This document shows, piece after piece, positions 61,157 through 64,000 of a stretch of DNA of 64,000 nt. Position 1 is the stretch's first letter. Each line of letters opens with the position of its first letter. The DNA is from a virus (taxonomy: Duplodnaviria; Heunggongvirae; Uroviricota; Caudoviricetes), in IMG/VR virus record IMGVR_UViG_2974574300_000001, positions 20,420 to 84,419 of that record; one strand, 5' to 3'. A program made the translations under genes and the position numbers. The notes beneath the pieces were generated by a model that was not told the DNA's origin, searched no databases, and saw only the letters and a list, made by a program, of their open reading frames with translations.

Positions 61157-61621
61157 TTACTTTGGGTATACACTGTCAAGATAAATGTCAGCTTCCATTC
61201 TACGTCTGTTTTTCAGGCCGTTTGAAGTGACCTTCTTACCTTTGACTGTAACCTTGTTCCACCACTGCATAGCTTCTGCACAACCTACCTTATTACCAGC
61301 GTTGTGGCGCTTGATAAATGTAGAATCCTGCATAGCTGTGATACCGATGTTGTATGTTTCACTTACAAGTGCATCGAACTCGTTCTGAGAAGTTGGAACC
61401 TTGATGGCTTTGTTCACCGCTGCAACGAACTTCTCAACATCTGCGAGAAGATACTGTTCAGCTTGTTCAGCCGTAATTTTCATACCCATCTTAACAGGTT
61501 TTCCGTCAATACGGATTGTACCATACCCGATTGTTGGGATTCCGGCAGAATCTTCGTAAGCCTCTAGCTTAAGACCTTCAAAGAACTTAATAGCTTCTAA
61601 ACCTTTTCTTGAGAGTTGCAT
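61157..61621 (-). CDS. endolysin, phage lysozyme (GH24-type)
   Basis: 154 aa; N-terminal GLEAIKFFEGLKLEAYEDSAGIPTIGYGT matches the phage-lysozyme E...D...T(I/L)GYG signature. Confidence 0.8.
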   Translation of the reverse strand: MQLSRKGLEAIKFFEGLKLEAYEDSAGIPTIGYGTIRIDGKPVKMGMKITAEQAEQYLLADVEKFVAAVNKAIKVPTSQNEFDALVSETYNIGITAMQDSTFIKRHNAGNKVGCAEAMQWWNKVTVKGKKVTSNGLKNRRRMEADIYLDSVYPK

Positions 61622-62505
61622 TATGCCTCCCCTGCTGGGTTAACAGTAACTGTTGCTGCGTTAGATGTTACAGAGCCACCTGCACCAGTAACTACACAGG
61701 TGTAGCTTCCTGCATCAGCAGTGGTTGCACCTTCTTTGGTGTAAGTTGCAGTAGTTGCATCGAGGATGTCTTCCTCCCCTTTCTTCCACTGGTAACCTGT
61801 CGCACCTGTTGCAGTCACTTCCAAGTTAATGCTTCCACCCTCATTGATGGTCTGGCTAGAAGGTTGCTGTGTAATCACAGGCAGTGCGTTGACAGTAACT
61901 GTTGCCGCATCTGAGGTAACACTTGTCCCAGCCTCTCCAGATACAACACAAGTATAGGAGCCAGCATCAGAAGGTGCTACAGACTGTTTTGTGTAGGTTG
62001 CAGATGTGGCACTAGTGATATCCTCACCACCCTTTTTCCACTGATATCCAGTGGCATTGGTTGCAATAACGCTTAGGGTAAGTGTGTCACCTTCATTTAC
62101 TGTTTGATTGGTTGGCTGCTGAGTGATTGCTGGTGGCTTGATAGCATCCTTCAACTTAGCATTCAACATTGAGAACGGATTAACCCTTACCAGCCATTCA
62201 CAATAAATTGTATCAACGTCTTTACCATTGATAATTGCATATTGTAAGTCCATGAAGAAGTCAGAAGTTCTCATTTGAGCACCGATGCTGTAAAGCAACT
62301 CATCACTAAATGGAACTTTGTAGTCTGGTTTGTAGTCAAACTCCTCAACTTCTGCAATATCAGCTTCAGGCCAATACGAACTATAGGTAAGCGGTAAAAT
62401 AGCCTCTTGATATGTTCTAAAATCATATCTCTTACCAGCTTTTACGTTTGCAATGAAGCCCTTCACAAACTCTTTGAAGTCTGGGTAAGTCTTTGCTTTA
62501 ATCAT
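61621..62505 (-). CDS. protein with N-terminal domain paralogous to 62502..62873 plus two tandem Ig-like repeats
   Basis: 294 aa; C-terminal half has two ~85 aa repeats (ITQQP..NEG..L.V.ATGATGYQWKKG.EDI..AT.ATYTK...AGSYTCVV.G..GSVTS.AATVTV). Confidence 0.45.
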   Translation of the reverse strand: MIKAKTYPDFKEFVKGFIANVKAGKRYDFRTYQEAILPLTYSSYWPEADIAEVEEFDYKPDYKVPFSDELLYSIGAQMRTSDFFMDLQYAIINGKDVDTIYCEWLVRVNPFSMLNAKLKDAIKPPAITQQPTNQTVNEGDTLTLSVIATNATGYQWKKGGEDITSATSATYTKQSVAPSDAGSYTCVVSGEAGTSVTSDAATVTVNALPVITQQPSSQTINEGGSINLEVTATGATGYQWKKGEEDILDATTATYTKEGATTADAGSYTCVVTGAGGSVTSNAATVTVNPAGEA

Positions 62506-62873
62506 TTCTTTTTAGCCTCTAAATGTGCGTTTAGTCTAAAATAACCTTTGTGATGCGGAGATACATCACCAACAACAATACCTTTAACCTTATAACCTTT
62601 ACCAATTACATACTGGATATCCATAAGGAATCTTCCAAGTCCAACAATATGGAACATTGGATATAATAGATTCTCAGAGTCTGGAATATTGATTTCGGGT
62701 TTGTAGGTACGCTGTTCGATTGTTGGTGTAATATCTTCTTCAGGCCATTTGCTGAGTCTCCATGTCAAAGGTGTTGGGATAACATCATTAAGGCTGTACC
62801 TTTCACCATTTTGCACGGAATTGATATAGGATTGTAGGAAGCAATAAAAGTCTTTTGCACTCTTAGCTTTCAT
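62502..62873 (-). CDS. paralog of the N-terminal domain of 61621..62505
   Basis: 123 aa; shared features KAK..(Y/K)(P/D)F..F...I.NV..G.RY, WPE.DI and FLMDIQY/FFMDLQY. Confidence 0.4.
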   Translation of the reverse strand: MKAKSAKDFYCFLQSYINSVQNGERYSLNDVIPTPLTWRLSKWPEEDITPTIEQRTYKPEINIPDSENLLYPMFHIVGLGRFLMDIQYVIGKGYKVKGIVVGDVSPHHKGYFRLNAHLEAKKK

Positions 62874-62919
62874 TAAATATCCTTATAAATAGTTAAAGGG
62901 GCATCAGCCCTATTCACAC

Positions 62920-63510
62920 TTAAGCTTTGGTCTTAAGTAGGTTCTTAAGTTTTTTAAGATTCATACTCTCATCAAACTTAAAACCAAATCCATTGACATA
63001 ATCAATGAACTCGGATTTCTTACTGAGTGACAATGCGTAACTCATATCAAAGTTCTTACTTGTTTCTGCGTCTGGACTAGAGTTCACATCAAATGAAATT
63101 TCTGTAGGCTCTTGCTTACTTTTTCTCATATTATCAATCAACAAACATGTATAGTTTGCTGGATAGAAATTTACACTACCATCAACGTAGCTGTACTTAT
63201 TATTATGGATAAGGTTGGAAAATACCTTAAGGAATGTTTCTGAGTCGTGGCAAACAAGTTTGAATTGGCTGGACTCTCCAAGCGCAACTAATGAGTACGG
63301 ACTTTCACTATCAAAGTCATAGTTTGGATTTGATGCCGTCACTGTTACACGCATCAAGTTATTAGCAATAGTCTTCTGTTTAAAAGAATTTTGAACATAG
63401 TGAAGACCCCTCTCACACTGATTGACTAGCTCTTTAAGTAGGTCATTTGCATATGGTGAGTTAATTGATACAGAGCCGTCACTATTGTAATTAAAACTTA
63501 CTGTTAACAT
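62920..63510 (-). CDS. hypothetical protein
   Basis: 196 aa ORF. Confidence 0.4.
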   Translation of the reverse strand: MLTVSFNYNSDGSVSINSPYANDLLKELVNQCERGLHYVQNSFKQKTIANNLMRVTVTASNPNYDFDSESPYSLVALGESSQFKLVCHDSETFLKVFSNLIHNNKYSYVDGSVNFYPANYTCLLIDNMRKSKQEPTEISFDVNSSPDAETSKNFDMSYALSLSKKSEFIDYVNGFGFKFDESMNLKKLKNLLKTKA

Positions 63511-63737
63511 TTTTCAGTTCTCCTGCGATTTATAATTTTGCTGCAATAGAGAAACGAAGTAAACTCACTGGAAGAAACCACTAAGTGTTGTTCACTAGAT
63601 TGAGCCATTGCCCTGAAATACATTCCAGTCAAAGCATCATAGTGACTATTCTTTCCAATTGAGGTTATATAGCCATGACTCTTTGCAGTTTGATATAAAT
63701 CTATAATATCTGCGATTTCTAATTGGGAACTACACAT
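63504..63737 (-). CDS. hypothetical protein
   Basis: 77 aa ORF. Confidence 0.3.
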   Translation of the reverse strand: MCSSQLEIADIIDLYQTAKSHGYITSIGKNSHYDALTGMYFRAMAQSSEQHLVVSSSEFTSFLYCSKIINRRRTEKC

Positions 63738-63901
63738 AGATAATCCTCTTGTCTTCTGTAATTTTGAAAGAACAGGTACAGACCAATTTCAGAGGATGAA
63801 TAGTAGATTAATTCTACCCTTTTTGATTCCTTACAGTGATTGGTATTCTTACCTTTCTTCGGTTTATTTGATTTTCTCATTAAGTCTCCTTTGTAGAACA
63901 A
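63719..63901 (-). CDS. small basic protein
   Basis: 60 aa ORF, Lys-rich. Confidence 0.3.
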   Translation of the reverse strand: MFYKGDLMRKSNKPKKGKNTNHCKESKRVELIYYSSSEIGLYLFFQNYRRQEDYLCVVPN

Positions 63902-64000
63902 GGCAGACCTACAGCTTTAAGTAAGATGGTACAGTAATCCATACAACAAGTCAAGAACTATTGCAAGTTAAAAAAGTTGTTGACAAAGTACTTGACAAGG

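Overview
This window reads as a ~64 kb segment of a virulent, AT-rich tailed dsDNA phage genome. Gene content resembles Felix-O1-like (Ounavirinae) enterobacterial phages, though that placement is inference from content only; no searches were run. Layout: (1) 1-9.9 kb, + strand, baseplate and tail-fiber module with three fiber genes, two carrying His-x-His repeat tips; (2) 9.9-20.1 kb, - strand, thymidylate synthase, DHFR, DNA ligase and a family-A DNA polymerase split by an ORF-bearing intron; (3) 20.3-50.9 kb, + strand, replication and nucleotide metabolism (dNMP kinase, primase-helicase, SSB-like, flap endonuclease, nrdA/nrdB/glutaredoxin, intron-split nrdD, nrdG), a Prs-like plus NAMPT-like gene pair, rIIA/rIIB, an SLT-like secreted protein, a spanin pair and a macro-domain protein, interspersed with at least seven homing-endonuclease-like genes; (4) 51.0-55.6 kb, ten small + strand ORFs each preceded by one of two reiterated promoter/stem-loop cassettes; (5) 55.6-57.4 kb, a 1.7 kb non-coding, repeat-dense region between convergent terminators; (6) 57.4-63.9 kb, - strand cluster including a GH24 endolysin. 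The most interesting candidates are the Prs-like/NAMPT-like pair (possible NAD+ reconstitution counter-defence), the macro-domain protein, the cassette-framed small-ORF array and the iteron-like repeat region. No tRNA, rRNA or CRISPR array was recognised. Coordinates come from the supplied ORF track plus manual reading; one minus-strand check disagreed by 1 nt, so treat manually derived positions as +/-1.
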